This document shows positions 25,549-38,490 of a stretch of 64,000 nt of DNA, one piece after another (position 1 is the first letter of the stretch; every line of letters starts with the position of its first letter). The DNA is from Eledone cirrhosa (taxonomy: Eukaryota), in NCBI GenBank assembly GCA_964016885.1, contig OZ024741.1, positions 394,382,001-394,446,000 on the forward strand, read 5' to 3'. The notes below the pieces were generated by a model that was given only the letters and a program-made list of their open reading frames with translations, did not search any database and was not told the DNA's origin. A program made the position numbers and the translations under genes.

Positions 25549-26109
25549 CAGAGGATTACATAGGGCGGCCAGGCGAATATCAAAGATAATTGGGTTCAAA
25601 GGGTCAGGGGAAGGAGTTAAATACGCGCCCAAGGGGTCAGGCAAGCTGGCGCTAACTTTCGGGGGAGATTGATGACACGTGCGTGAGGTGGAATCTGCAC
25701 GCCGCAGTGAACTATAATTATAAACACACTAAGATTGAGTCACCACAATAGCGTTCCCCCCTTAGCCCCGTAGTCAGAAGATAGTGCAAGAACGTACCTC
25801 TTATTGAAAACCACACACTTGCCACTAGCATTTCATCCAGACTTACATAGAAAGAAGAGATGGGCAAGTTTACTGGAGGGGTAAATATAGGTCAGTGAGG
25901 GTCAGGCTGGTAACAACGGGGAGCATGAAGCAGCGTGTTGACGCATTCAGCCGAAATAACCACTATATTCCTTGCTACGTTAATTGCCAGTACATTAAAC
26001 TAGCAGGCCCTGCCGGATAGCGCCTGGCGGTAGGCCTACATCAGATCTTTTAGAAAGCCCTCACAACCAGTGCGACAATAGCAGGATTGTGACAAAACTA
26101 ATGGTCCAA

Positions 26110-29100
26110 CACCACAGTTGTAACTTTTACCACGGAATCGAGTGATTATGTTCGTTGAGCATTCCAGTGGTGGTGGTGGCATTTTTCACACGTCAGAAAT
26201 GAGCCACCACAATAGCTCCCCCCCCCCCTGATACGTACTCGAAACGACAATGTGACTTGAAAGGGCGTGCGGTATCTTTGCACTGGAATGGAGGGGGTTT
26301 CCTGAAAAGATAAAATGTCGGTATACCTAGCCGAGCGCCAGCCGGACGGGCCAGATGGTGTATATATATATATGAGCCTATCCTTACCCGCTCCTCTCGC
26401 CAGTTCATGCGGGCGACTATTATATTTACTCTCGCCTAAATCCGTTCTCTCGACCGAGATTTCCCCAAGGCCTACCTCCATCTTTCCTCCACTTGCCTAC
26501 CCCTCCTCGCCCAATCCCTTATCCAATTCATCCTTTACCTCAATCGCCTCCTCTTCAATTTCCTCACTTCCATCAAAAACAATAAACTTCATTCACTCCG
26601 CTACTCCACCTGCCGTCACCACCCATACTCATTTCACCTCCAGCCCTAACTCTCCTATCCCGTCACCTGCCACCCCTTTCCTCTCCCCACCACTGAATCT
26701 GCATACGCTTTGCCTAACCACCTTAACCCCGTCGCCTCCGCCTCTTTCACCCCCTCACGTCCCTGCACTGTAGTCACCATACCCCAGGACCTACCACTCT
26801 CCAAAGCTGAGCGCTTCTTCCTTGCCTGGGGTTTGCGTTTTGTACCAACCACATCTACTTGCGACGAGTTCCACACCCGTGCCGAGATTGAAGGGTTCTT
26901 ACGTCGACTAAAGCTCAGCGCCATCATCGACACAGACGGATGAATTCACTCGTCTCAGTCGCCGGCAATCACATTGGACGCCGAGTTCTGGCCAGTTCAG
27001 CACCCTCGACTCCTTTGTCGATACTTGCCGACGTACTATGAACCGGTTCCGTTTCCACCAGCATTCTCGTCGCTCTAACATTACGTGAGCTGAGCTCTTC
27101 GGTGTTGCGATGACATTGTCATCAAACCTGCTGACAAAGGTGGCGCTGTGGTGGTTTGGAGCGTTGACCTTTATAAGGCTGAGGCCCTCCGCCAATTCAC
27201 GATACCTTTTTTTACCGCCCTTTATCCTCCGATCCCACTCTTGACTACCAACAACTCGTGTCCTTCATCATTCATAAGCTCATCTCCTCATCTCTCGTAC
27301 CCCCCACAGCCACCAACCTTATAGTACGCACCCCTCGCACATCCACCATCTACTTCCTCCCCAAAATACATAAACAAAATAATCCCGGTCGTCCTATCGT
27401 TTCCGTTTGCAATTTCCCCACCGAGATCATTTCCGAATACTTAGATACCATCCTCACCCCGTTAGTCGTCAACCTCCCCTCCCACATCCACGATACCAAT
27501 CATGTCCATAGACTCTTTAACTCCTTCTCCTTCCCTCCTGGCCCTTCTCGCCTTCTCTTTACCCTGGACATCACCTCTCTCTATACCGTCATCCCTCATG
27601 ATGACGGCCTCTGTGCTCTCCGACACTTTTTAGACTTTGCCCTACCCCTTACCCAGCACTACCATACTTCTCCGTCTGGTTAAGCTTGTTTTGACCCTCA
27701 ATGGGTTTTTTTCCGGTGAATTCTATCAGCAGGTCTCTGGGGTAGCGATGGGAACCAGAATGGGTCCAAACAATACCAACTTGTTTGCTGGCTACGTCGA
27801 AGCCCAGATCTTCTCCCAGTACGCTGGACCTACTCCTGAGCTATACGGTCGTTATATCGACGACTGTATCAGCGCCACCTCTCTATCACAAGAACAGCTA
27901 GACTGCTTTCTATCTTTTGTCCTATCTTTCCATCCTGCTCTCAATTTCACCGCCTCTGTCTCCGATTCTTCTCTCGTTTTCTAGATATCTCTCTATTAAT
28001 CACTCTCACCATACCCTCTCTACTTCCATCTTCTATAAACCAACCGACTCATACTCTTACCTCGATTTCACCTCCTCCCATCCAACCTACACCAAACACT
28101 CTATACCCTATTCCCAATTCCTCCGTCTTCATCGGCTCTATAGCCAGGACGACGATTTCGAAACCCATTCCCTTCATATGGCTTCCCGCTTCATCCAGCG
28201 TGGATATACCCTCCCCCCCAATGATCCAAGTTGCTCTCACCCGCGCCCGTGAAACCGACCAGACCACAGCCCTCACACCCCACCAGCACCCTCCCAACAC
28301 TTACCTTCCTTTCCCTCTCACCTACCACTCCATGACATATCCTCCGTTCTTTCTGCACCCTCTCTTCTGACCCCGTCACTTCTTGCTTTTTCCCCAACCC
28401 ACATATTAACACATTTAAGCGCCCCCGTAACCTCCGCGACCTCCTGGTACGCAGTTCCTTCTCGTCCTCTCCTACGACTCCACCTGGCTCTCATCCTTGT
28501 TCTTGTCCTCGCTGCAACACTTGTCCCTCCATTTCCACCCTCACCACTCTCACAGGCCCTAACGGGTCATTCCGTATCCGCCACTCCTTCACCTGCACCT
28601 CCACCCACGTTGTCTATGCCCTCCCCTTGTGGGTCCTTATACATCGGACAAACGGGACGCCGTTTGGCGGACCGTTTTGCTGAGCATTTGAGGGACATAC
28701 GACTCGGTATAGATACTCCCGTCACCCGTCATTTTCGTTCTCCTGGTCACTCTTCCCTACATGTCTCAGTTCTGGGTGTCACTTTACATCACGGATCACA
28801 GGCCTCGTGCACCAGGACTGAACAGAGTCTGATTCACCGCCTTGGGTCTTGTTTCCTTCATGGACTTAACTCCCCTCCCCAATTTCTTTAATACCCGTCC
28901 GTTATCACACACGTGCTAATACATTCACCCCTAGATTCCTATGGCTCTCTTATGGTCAGACTCATATACTCTTACAGCAAATACAGACCAACAAAATATG
29001 CACACTCCACTCCTTCACAGCCCTGTATACACACACACACTCTTTTACTTACATATACACACATATCCTCTTAGCTTCGTACGCACGTATAATAACACAT

Positions 29101-29452
29101 ACGCGCGCGCGCATACGCACGCGCCCAAGTATAGCTCTTTATACAAAATGGGTTTTTTTCTATTTCAGGTAGACGCGCTCCATCATCCACTTTTGTAAAA
29201 AAAATATATCATACTCAAAACGCCAGCATCAACAGTTTTCCAAGAGATGTCAACATGAATGGACGTGTTATTTTTATCTAAAGACTTTTTTCCAATTCCA
29301 TCCCGCCCGTCCCTTCCATCTATCTAATTTCTCATTCTTTCATCAGTCTTTCGCTAGTCCGAAAGATCCTCTTTCTGCTATTTCAAGCGTTAACTTAATA
29401 TATTCCTTCCATATACTGTACCGATTGTGTTGTTATTTCTGTTTACCTTTTG

Positions 29453-29454
<2 letters not shown>
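26110..29454 (+). mobile_element. Penelope-like element (Neptune-like), decayed RT plus GIY-YIG
   Basis: VIKPADKGGAVVVW; YFLPKIHK...GRPIVS; LDITSLYT.IPH; GVAMGTRMGP; RYIDD; YKPTDS..YL...S.HP; SIPYSQFLRL; PC.CPRCNTC; FTC.S..VVY...YIGQTGRRLADRFAEH; HGLN; several frameshifts; ends at (TA)n; left boundary approximate. Confidence 0.93.
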
Positions 29455-29488
<34 letters not shown>

Positions 29489-29495
<7 letters not shown>

Positions 29496-29786
29496 AAAAA
29501 GGGATGAAATCGAAAATGCAACTGAAGTCTTATTTTTTTTTTAAATATATATATTTATTTGGTTCCTTTACCGGTTTCGCAGTTCTTCTGCTTTTCAAAA
29601 GGTGAGTTGAGATGGAGGGTCTGTCGTTTTTCTCACATGTGAGAAAAACCACAGACCCTCCATCTCAACTCACCTTTTGAAAAGCAGAAGAACTGCGAAA
29701 CCGGTAAAGGAACCAAATAAATATATATATTTTTAAAAAAAATAAGACTTCAGTTGCATTTTCGATTTCATCCCTTTTTCTTTATA
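29489..29786. repeat. 298-bp spacerless palindrome containing two mirrored variant hammerheads
   Basis: Centre ctcaca|tgtgag (29637/29638); 149-bp arms with about 3 mismatches; flanked by (TA)n. Confidence 0.95.
29673..29710 (+). ncRNA. Minimal hammerhead, U3-A8 core variant (mirror copy on minus strand at 29565-29602)
   Basis: cctt-TTGAAAA-gcag-aagaa-ctgc-GAAA-ccgg-TA-aagg. Confidence 0.7.
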
Positions 29787-29841
29787 CTTCCACTCGTGTA
29801 GGACACCTCGGTTATTTTTCATTTTGTAAAAAAAACCTCTC

Positions 29842-29891
<50 letters not shown>

Positions 29892-30054
29892 GATAACAAA
29901 ATATCGTTATAGGTAATCCAGTTAGTGGTTGTGAATACTCCGTATTGTTGATAGTTTTAGCGTACGACGTTGTTTGACTCAACAAGAGGTTTCCGTAGGT
30001 GGCGAGTTTGTGAGTTCTCTTGAATTCCTATGTAAGTTTATCTTGGAGTAATAA

Positions 30055-30360
30055 TATTGAAAGAGTGAAGAATAACATGGTCAACAGTACAAAAAGGGTT
30101 TTATTTACAGTATTAACAATTGTTTCACTGATTAAGTTGTCTAAACATTTCTGAACACTTGAAGCTGTGCCATTCAATTTTAAATATGATGTTAAGGACT
30201 TTCTGATGATCTGGTTAAGCTAACATCGTATTTAAAATTGAGTGGCACAGCTTCAAGTGTTCAGCAATTTTTAGACAACTTAATCAGTGAAACAATTGTT
30301 AATACTGTAAATAAAACCATTTTTGTACTGTTGACCATGTTATTCTTCACTCTTTCAATA
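30055..30360. repeat. 140-bp inverted repeat with 26-bp spacer; PLE-tail-like, includes a long-stem-II hammerhead core
   Basis: Arms 30055-30194 and 30221-30360; CTGATGA(30203-30209)-t-ctggttaag...cttaatcag-t-GAAA(30289-30292)-caattg-TT. Confidence 0.88.
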
Positions 30361-30872
30361 TATATATATATATATATGTACAGCCACCGAAAATAACATC
30401 TGTGAAATAAACAGCTCCATCTATCTGCTTAGCTAGCTACCTCACCGTGAAACAAACAACCCTTAAGCCACCAAATTAAAACGCCTACGCAGAGGCTAAA
30501 CATCAAACGATTATTTTTGTATAAATAGAGTGATTCCAAACACTTTCGCCAGTCGACCTTTGGCAGAGTCAGCTCGCGTATTGTTGTTCCTCTCCTCTGC
30601 CACGCTTGTCATTCACACACGCCTTGTACCTCTGTATCGTCGCTTCATGTATGAAAATAAATAGCTGACCGAAACTACGTCTCTCGCCTTGCTCGTCTTT
30701 TCAACTTCTTCCTTCGTCTGTTCATCCTTACCGTATGTGACAACAGTCCTTTTAAGGGCTATTCTCAGATCCGATCAGAAGTAGTGACCAGACCGACTAA
30801 CCACGTCGCTACAATTGGTGACCCCGATGTGATTCGAACACGCAACCAGACAGCAGCCTAACAAGAAACCAA

Positions 30873-31726
30873 CATGGACATGACCCAACCAATGACAGAG
30901 GCCGAGATACCAACCACACAAGCGGCTTTAACGTTGAAGGTCCCTGTTTTTGGTCCAACGACCCAACCCTGTGGTTCGCTCACATAGAAGCACAATTCAC
31001 CGCTAACAGAATTAAGAGCGATTCTGCAAAGCTCACCTACATCATTGGGTCTGTCCCGCCAGAAGTCTTGGCTGAGGTGAGGTACCTCGTCATGGCACCG
31101 CCGGGCACGGTGTCATATGAATCATTCCGCAAGGAATTGATCAAGCGAACGACCGCGTCATAGCAGAGACGACTCAACCAACTCGTGTCTGGAGAAGAAT
31201 TAGGGGACAGAAAACCGTCCCAACTACTGCGAAAGATGAGACAGCTGATGGACGACCAGCCGCTTTCAGAAGATGTGCTGAAACGGCTGTTTATACAGTG
31301 CTTGCCCTTATCAATGCAGGGCATTCTAGAGTCGACCAACGAGTCAGCAACCCCGGAAGAACTGGCGAGTGTCGCGGATAAGATCGCTGAGGTGTCAAAC
31401 CCTTTTGCCTCAGTGGCACAAGTTAATCATCGGACGAACCCTTACGTAGCGTCCTCGGACTCCACCTCCGAGATTTCAGAGAGCAGGCTGGTCAAATTAA
31501 AGCCCTCTCAAATCAATTCGAGAACTTGACCTTTCAAACACACCGACGACGCAGCAACAGTCGATCCAGACCCTTTCACCGTCGAAGATCCAGAAGTCCC
31601 AGTCAAAATCGTGTGTCTGGCAACCTTTGCTGGTATCACGCAGAATTCGGCGCACAGGCATCTAAGTGTAGGTCCCCGTGCTCTTTCCAGAATACCACCC
31701 AGGGAAACGGGCAGACCAAGGCCTAG
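30873..31726 (+). pseudogene. gag: gag (frameshifts and an in-frame stop)
   Basis: DPTLWFAHIEAQF; ELGDRKPSQLLRKM; [19 protein letters not shown]; GGGAAAC slippery site at 31702-31708. Confidence 0.9.
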
Positions 31727-34700
31727 CGACGACGTTCACCCTGATACTGAGAAGAAAAGTCGTCTATTTTTTATGAACGACCAAGCGACAGGCATCCGTT
31801 ACCTCGTGGATACAGGAGCCCAGGTTAGTGTTATTCCTGTTTCACTAATCTCAGGCAAAAGACATCCAACACCGTCCTTTCTGCAGGCAGTGAACCGATC
31901 GTCAATTCCGACTTTCGGAGAGAAATCACTGACCCTCAATTTAGGCCTGAGGCGTCGTTTTCAATGGGTGTTCGTCGTGGCAGACCTGCCGATCCCTATC
32001 TTAGGAGCCGATTTTCTCCACCACTTCAACCTTCTGGTGGACATGAAGAACCGGAGGCTTATTGACACTACCACAAACCTCACTGCGAGAGGTATATTTA
32101 CCACGCAATCCACAGTGAGCCCTGTAATTTGCCAGTCAGAGCCTTTGCGTTACAACTGCATTCTCCAGAAATACCCAGACATCACTCGTCCGGTATTTAA
32201 GGATGGACCTATTAAACATAGTGTCACACATTATATCGAGACGAGAGGACCACCCACATCTGCCCGACCAAGGAGACTGCCTCCAGACCGATTGAGAATC
32301 GCCAAACAGGAGTTTCAACACATGCTGGACCTTGGAATCATTCGCCCTTCCTCTAGCAACTGGTCTGCACCCCTACACCTTGTTCCTAAGGAAACAGAGA
32401 ATGTTTGGCGACCATGTGGGGATTATCATGCACTCAACAATTCCACAGTACCCGATAATTACCCTGTACCTCACTTGCACGACGTTTCTGCTTCTCTACG
32501 AGGCGCACGCATCTTTTCCAAGATAGATTTGGTACGAGCATATAACCAGATACCTATGGAGCCTGCTGATGTTCCGAAGACCGCAATCACGACACTATTC
32601 GGTTTATTTGAATTCCTGCGAATGCCGTTCGGTCTGCGCAACACTGCACAACTTTTTCAGCGGTTTATTGATACCTGGTTACGTGATCTACCCTTTGTAT
32701 ACGCGTATATCGACGACGTGCTGGTAGCAAGTACTTCCGAGCAAGAACACGAGAAGCACTTAGATCTTCTTTTCCAACGTTTGGCCGAGTACGGTATTAT
32801 CATCAACCCCAGCAAGTGCCTTCTCGGCGTTCCTTCACTGTCCTTTCTCGGGCACATCATTGACAAAGACGGCATTCGTCCACTTCCTGAGAAAGTAGAA
32901 GCTATCCGCAATTTTCAAACACCTACATCACTTCGGAAACTGCGTGAATTCCTCGGTTTGGTGAATTTCTATAGGCGTTTCATCCCTCATTGTGCCGACG
33001 CAGCCAGACTCCTCACGGACCTTCTTCGCAACCTGACTCGGAAAAACGAAGACATTACTCTGAACGAGGAAGAACTGACATCTTTCAACGGCCTGAAGGA
33101 AATGTTGACAAACACTTCCATGCTCGTTTTCCCCAGATCTGGCGCTCCCCTTTCGCTGCTAGTGGATGCATCAGACACGGGGGTTGGAGGCGTTTTACAA
33201 CAATATGTCGACGGCGTTTGGCAACCCTTATCCTTCTTTTCTAAGCGGTTGCAACCGGCAGAAACCAAATACAGTACGTTTGGCCGTGAACTCTTGGCAA
33301 CCTACCTTTCAGTTAAAACTTTTCGTCACATGCTCGAAGGATCGGATTTCGTGATCTACACGGACCATAAACCACTAGTTTATGCGTTCCGTACCAAACC
33401 TGATCGACATTCACCAAGAGAACTCCGCCACCTGGATTTTGTCTCCCAATATTCAACTGATATTCGGCATATCAAGGGATCAGACAACGTAGCAGCCGAC
33501 GCTCTGTCCCGAATCCAGCTGAACGCAATACATGTACATTCAGGCATCGACCTTCAACAGATCGCAGCTGACGAAGAGACTGACGAAGAGTTTATCAAGC
33601 TTCGAAATTCGCCATCCCTCAAGTTTCAGCAAGTTCCCATTCCTTCTTCTCCGGGACAAATTTGGTGAGACCTTTCTACCGGTCATGAACGACCGTACGT
33701 ACCACAGATGCATCGTCGACAAGTTTTTTTCTGCTTTACACTGCTTGTCTCACCCGGGAATCCGGGCTACACAGAAACTCATCTCTGCTCGTTTTGTGTG
33801 GACTAACATTAACAAGGACGTGCGCGACTGGTCCAGGAGCTGCATTGCCTGCCAGAAAGCCAAAGTCCACAGACACATCAAAACTCCACTCGGCACATTC
33901 GCGCAACCTGATGCACGTTTTCATCATGTGCATATCGACATCGTTGGACCTCTACCACCATCACAGAACTGCACACACTTGCTCACCTGCATAGATCGAT
34001 TTTCCCGTTGGCCTGAGGCTTTTCCCATAAGTGATACCTCAGCGGAAACAGTCGCTAAAACTTTGGTTTTACACTGGGTATCACGTTATGGCGTCCCAGC
34101 GAAGATAACAACGGACAGAGGACGCCAGTTTGACTCCCACCTCTTCAGGGAACTGACTCGCCTGTTAGGATGTAAACACATCCGCACGACAGCTTATCAC
34201 CCGCAAGCTAATGGTCTCGTGGAAAGATTCCATCGCCAATTGAAAGCTGCAATAAAAGCATATCCAGACAAGACCCACTGGTTTGAATACCTACCACTCA
34301 TCCTTCTGGGCATTTGATCCACCGTTAAGGAGGAATTCGGACACACACCTGCAGAATTAGTGTACGGCACCACCCTGGTTCTACCTGGTCAGATGGTTGC
34401 TCCCATCTCTCCTCGGGATGTTCCAGACCCAGGATCATACGTACACCGTCTTCGACAATATATGTCTCACCTTGCTCCTGCAAGCACCCGTCAACAGAAC
34501 ACGGCCACACACGTACCTTCAGACATTAAAGATTGAACACACATTTTCGTTCGCAATGACACCATCTCAGCTCATCTTCGACCTCCATATTCTGGCCCTT
34601 ACCGTATTCTAAAAAAATATCCGAAATATTTTATTCTCGATCTAGATGGTAAACAGAATTCTGTCAGCCTGGACAGATTAAAAAAAGCCATCATGGATAC

Positions 34701-34830
34701 TGTTACAGTCTCTACACCAGAAACTCCAACAGATTACTGTCCCAGCGAGCCACCTGTTTCATCTCCAGTCACGAGAAGTGGATGACGCGTCCATTGGCCC
34801 GCCAAGTTGGCTCAATATGTGAATTACCGT
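31702..34830 (+). pseudogene. pol: pol (protease, RT, RNase H, integrase) with premature stops
   Basis: [52 protein letters not shown]; stops at 33666 and 34315 plus frameshifts. Confidence 0.95.
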
Positions 34831-36027
34831 TAACCTCAAGTGAGTTTCTCAATCATTCTTCTTGCAAAACATTTCCATTTTCCTTGTGTTTACTATTTCC
34901 AGTTTCAAATACAATGAACTTTCTGCTTGAACAATTGCAATTTTTAGTGACCATGTGCTCATGTCACGAAGAACATTATTTATTATGAACATTATTTATT
35001 ACAAACACTATTTAAGTACAAACATGTGTATAACATTGTGTATAGCATTTTTTTATTGTCTCTCTTGTTTTGCAAAAATCTTTTTTTATTTTCCATGTTC
35101 TGCAATATTAATTGTGTAATTGCCATAATTTTTATATACATACATGGCGTGTACATATTCTATTTTTCATGCACACTACACAACCACGTTTATTTCACCT
35201 TTCGTTCATACACTGAGCAATAGATATTTTGTCCCTCTAACTCTTACACTACAAAATGTTTTCTCTTTGCTCACGCATTTTCACAAATCGCACCCTCAAA
35301 ACACTGGCCTTCTTTTTTACGTACACATTCACTCAATAGCTCGAGAATGCCTCGCTATTTTTTTACCACATGCATTCGCTCAAGTCATACGCTTTGGAGC
35401 AAACTGTTACTTTTAAGCAACATCTTTACGGCTATTCAGTTCACATATTACGGTTATTTTCACTGCCCTGTTAGACTTTTTGTCACGCAATTCACAGGCA
35501 GCTCAACCCAAATTGCAACAGGCTCATTCATCACGCCTGCATAAATCTGGTCAAAGTCATTTTATAGTCTATTTTTTTTCTTCCTGACACACACATCTTG
35601 CCATATCATCTCTACATCGACTCTGTCCTATACTCGATGATCACCAAATTTCACAACGTGCTGGACACTCCTTGGACTATTGTCATGACAATAGAGTGAT
35701 TCCAAACACTTTCGCCAGTCGACCTTTGGCAGAGTCAGCTCGCGTATCGTTGTTCCTCTCCTCTGCCACGCTTGTCACTCACACACGCCTTGTACCTCTG
35801 TATCGTCGCTTCATGTATGAAAATAAATAGCTGACCGAAACTACGTCTCTCGCCTTGCTCGTCTTTTCAACTTCCTCCTTCGTCTGTTCATCCTAACCGT
35901 ATGCGATAACAGTCCTTTTAAGGGCTATCCTCATATCCGATCAGACCATATGCGATAACAGTCCTTTTAAGGGCTATCCTCATATCCGATCAGAAGTAGT
36001 GACCAGACCGACTAACCACGTCGCTAC

Positions 36028-36121
<94 letters not shown>

Positions 36122-36254
36122 TGAAATAGCACGGAAAATATATTTTAGGGTCTGTTTTTCTTTTTTTTTTCTTTCTTTGATTCGTGAAAATGACATTATT
36201 GAAAAAATAAGACGGACAATTCTTTTTAAAAGAGTTTTATAAAGTATACAAAGG

Positions 36255-36296
36255 ATTACCGGTTTCGATGTATTAGTAAAATTCATCTTATCAAAT
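36255..36296 (-). ncRNA. Hammerhead-like motif, U3-A8 variant, weak stem I
   Basis: Minus strand: at-TTGATAA-gatg-aattttactaata-catc-GAAA-ccgg-TA-at. Confidence 0.5.
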
Positions 36297-36772
36297 GTTG
36301 AGTATTACAATTAAAAAGAATTAATAAGAATTGAAAACTAAAAATTAAAGATTTAAAATTAAGTGTTGAGGTAAGTTTTCTTCATCTTTCTTGTTAAGAA
36401 GGAGACTGGAAAATGAACTCTTCTGTATATATAGAGAGAGGTGTAATCATAAAGTAGCAGCAGCAGTGGTAGTAGGTGTGTTTTTGCATAGAACAAAATG
36501 TTTTTTAGGGATAAAGGAAATATTCTGTAAGTATGTGTGCGTGTATCTCAATTGTGTTAATGGACTGGTCAAGAGTTCAGATGGGGGTGGCGAGGGGGAG
36601 TTGTAAGCTAGAGACAAATTCTATGGGATTGGCAACAGTAGGGTTGTAAAAGAAATTCTATATTTGGATTTTTGGAATATGATTTTAGAGTGTGTGTTTA
36701 GTGTGAGAGTGGAAATATAAAAATACACACATGTGTGTGGGGTGTGGGTGAGTGGTGCGCGCGTGTGTGTGT

Positions 36773-36803
<31 letters not shown>

Positions 36804-37420
36804 ATTCGAGCCAGCAATCCTAAAATTAGAACTGAACCACCTAGATTTAGCATATAGAATACACACCATCACACTGCTATTAGCTGTCAAACGGCCAACT
36901 GGTCACTGGATCATAAATCTCTTAACATCTCTTTCACCCTCTCTCCCTGAAACAGCATCAACCCCATTAAGACAAGACAATCAGCAAAACATTTACCACA
37001 CACATTTGTCAAACCTCCCTTCACCATCCACCATAAGCCCTCAAATCTCATGCTAGTATCTCCCAATTAATCTCTAATTTATTGCTTTTTCTTTTATCTG
37101 TCACTACATCAGACTCTACACGTATCTATGTATGTTTCGAATATGACTTTTCATATTAGCACTAAACCCACCCCAGAATCCTTATAAGAACACTTACTCA
37201 CCACCACCACTAGCATATTCTGTACTTACATGCTCTCACTTATCCTTATTTATTTATTTATATTTTTCCATTTTCTTACTTTTTTAATGTATCCTATCTT
37301 ATCTTTTACTTTTTACATCTGTAACTTCTCTACCTATTTACCATATATATTTTATTGATGTTATTGTTTTGATTATACGCTATTTTTCTATATATATCTT
37401 GCCTCGAGCAAATTATTTTT

Positions 37421-37531
37421 GTATCCTGATGAGTTGGTTAGAGGTAAATAATGTAATGGAGATCGAGTGACGCAACTTCGAACGATTAGCGACCTCTAGA
37501 CTCACCTGATCAATGAAACAATTGTCAATAC
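37421..37531 (+). ncRNA. Hammerhead with long stem II in a PLE-like tail
   Basis: gtatc-CTGATGA(37426-37432)-gttggtt-agaggt...acctct...gatcaat-GAAA(37515-37518)-caattg-TC-aatac; downstream tail resembles 30289-30360 and ends at (TA)n. Confidence 0.65.
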
Positions 37532-37581
37532 CTGAAATAAAGCCCCTTGTTGTACAGCCAACCATGTTACTCTTCATTCTT

Positions 37582-37655
<74 letters not shown>

Positions 37656-38242
37656 GGGAGGAGTAATAGTGTTGGTACTAAATCAAGCACTATGCACAGG
37701 CAAAATGGAAATAATAGAAGAAAAAACGAGGGAGTTTCGTTTACATATAAAAAATATTTATTGTGTTTCGGCCTGTTACGCGCGTTTCGCAGAGGATTGG
37801 ATCAAGGTAGCCCATGGGAGTTGTGGACCCGACTGCAGTATCGAACTCCTCATCAGACTAGTGATGTGACAAAAAATATTTTTTTATTGGGGTATGTGAG
37901 CTGAGAAGGTATATATATATATATATATATATAGGCTTCGGGCTTTTTATTTATTTATTTTGTGTGTGTGTGTGTGGACGTATGTGTGTATTGTGGTGTA
38001 ATTGGCGGGGCAGCTATGTAGGTGTGTGTGTTTGCGTGTACACGCGAGCATTTAGAGATTCGTGAGGGTGCGTATGGACACGTTTTAGAATGTGTTTTGG
38101 TCATTTAAAAACTGGCTTTGGTGTAAACAGGAAGCTGAAAGTGGGGCTGACCCTGTTTTTCGACAGTTCAAGTTTTCGTCAAAGAATGAAACAAATTTTT
38201 AAAAAAAGGGATTTAACACAGTGGGTGTGGATAGGAAGTAAT

Positions 38243-38490
38243 AATAATAATTGTTTCTACTTTATGCACAAGGCCAGCAATTACCCAGTACAAATGGTTT
38301 CTTATATAGGCACAAGGCCATCAATTTTGGGGGAGGGGAAAGTTGATTAAATCGACCCCAGTACATTACTGGTACTTTATTTTATCGACCCCGTAAGGAT
38401 GAAAGCCAAAGTTAACCTGGGCGTGATCTAAACTCAGATCATAATGGGCAGTAACTCTATGCTGTAAAGCATGGCGTCCGATTTACAGCA
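38243..38490 (-). mobile_element. SINE with an adjacent second SINE tail
   Basis: Short-form tail at 38243-38290 followed by a long-form copy at 38295-38490. Confidence 0.85.

Larger units (their letters stand above)
30377..36028 (+). mobile_element. Ty3/gypsy LTR retrotransposon (CsRn1-like), decayed
   Basis: 5' LTR TG..CA 30377-30813; tRNA-Trp PBS from 30816; gag with CWYH-x9-C-x3-C; pol in PR-RT-RH-IN order; 3' LTR 35690-36028 lacks its first ~147 bp; about 8 substitutions over ~290 shared LTR bp; inserted in (TA)n. Confidence 0.96.

Noticed and set aside
25990-26050. Minus-strand ctgatgt-aggcc...ggcct hammerhead-like start
   Set aside because: Core is mutated and no GAAA follows the stem
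26315-26773. 152-aa Ser/Pro-rich ORF
   Set aside because: Low-complexity N-terminal region of the decayed PLE, not an independent gene
30816-30847. tRNA-Trp gene on the minus strand
   Set aside because: Only the 3' 32 nt are present, including CCA, directly after an LTR; this is a PBS
33666-33668. TGA at a position that is Cys in the sister pol (possible selenocysteine)
   Set aside because: The same element has other stops and frameshifts; ordinary decay is sufficient
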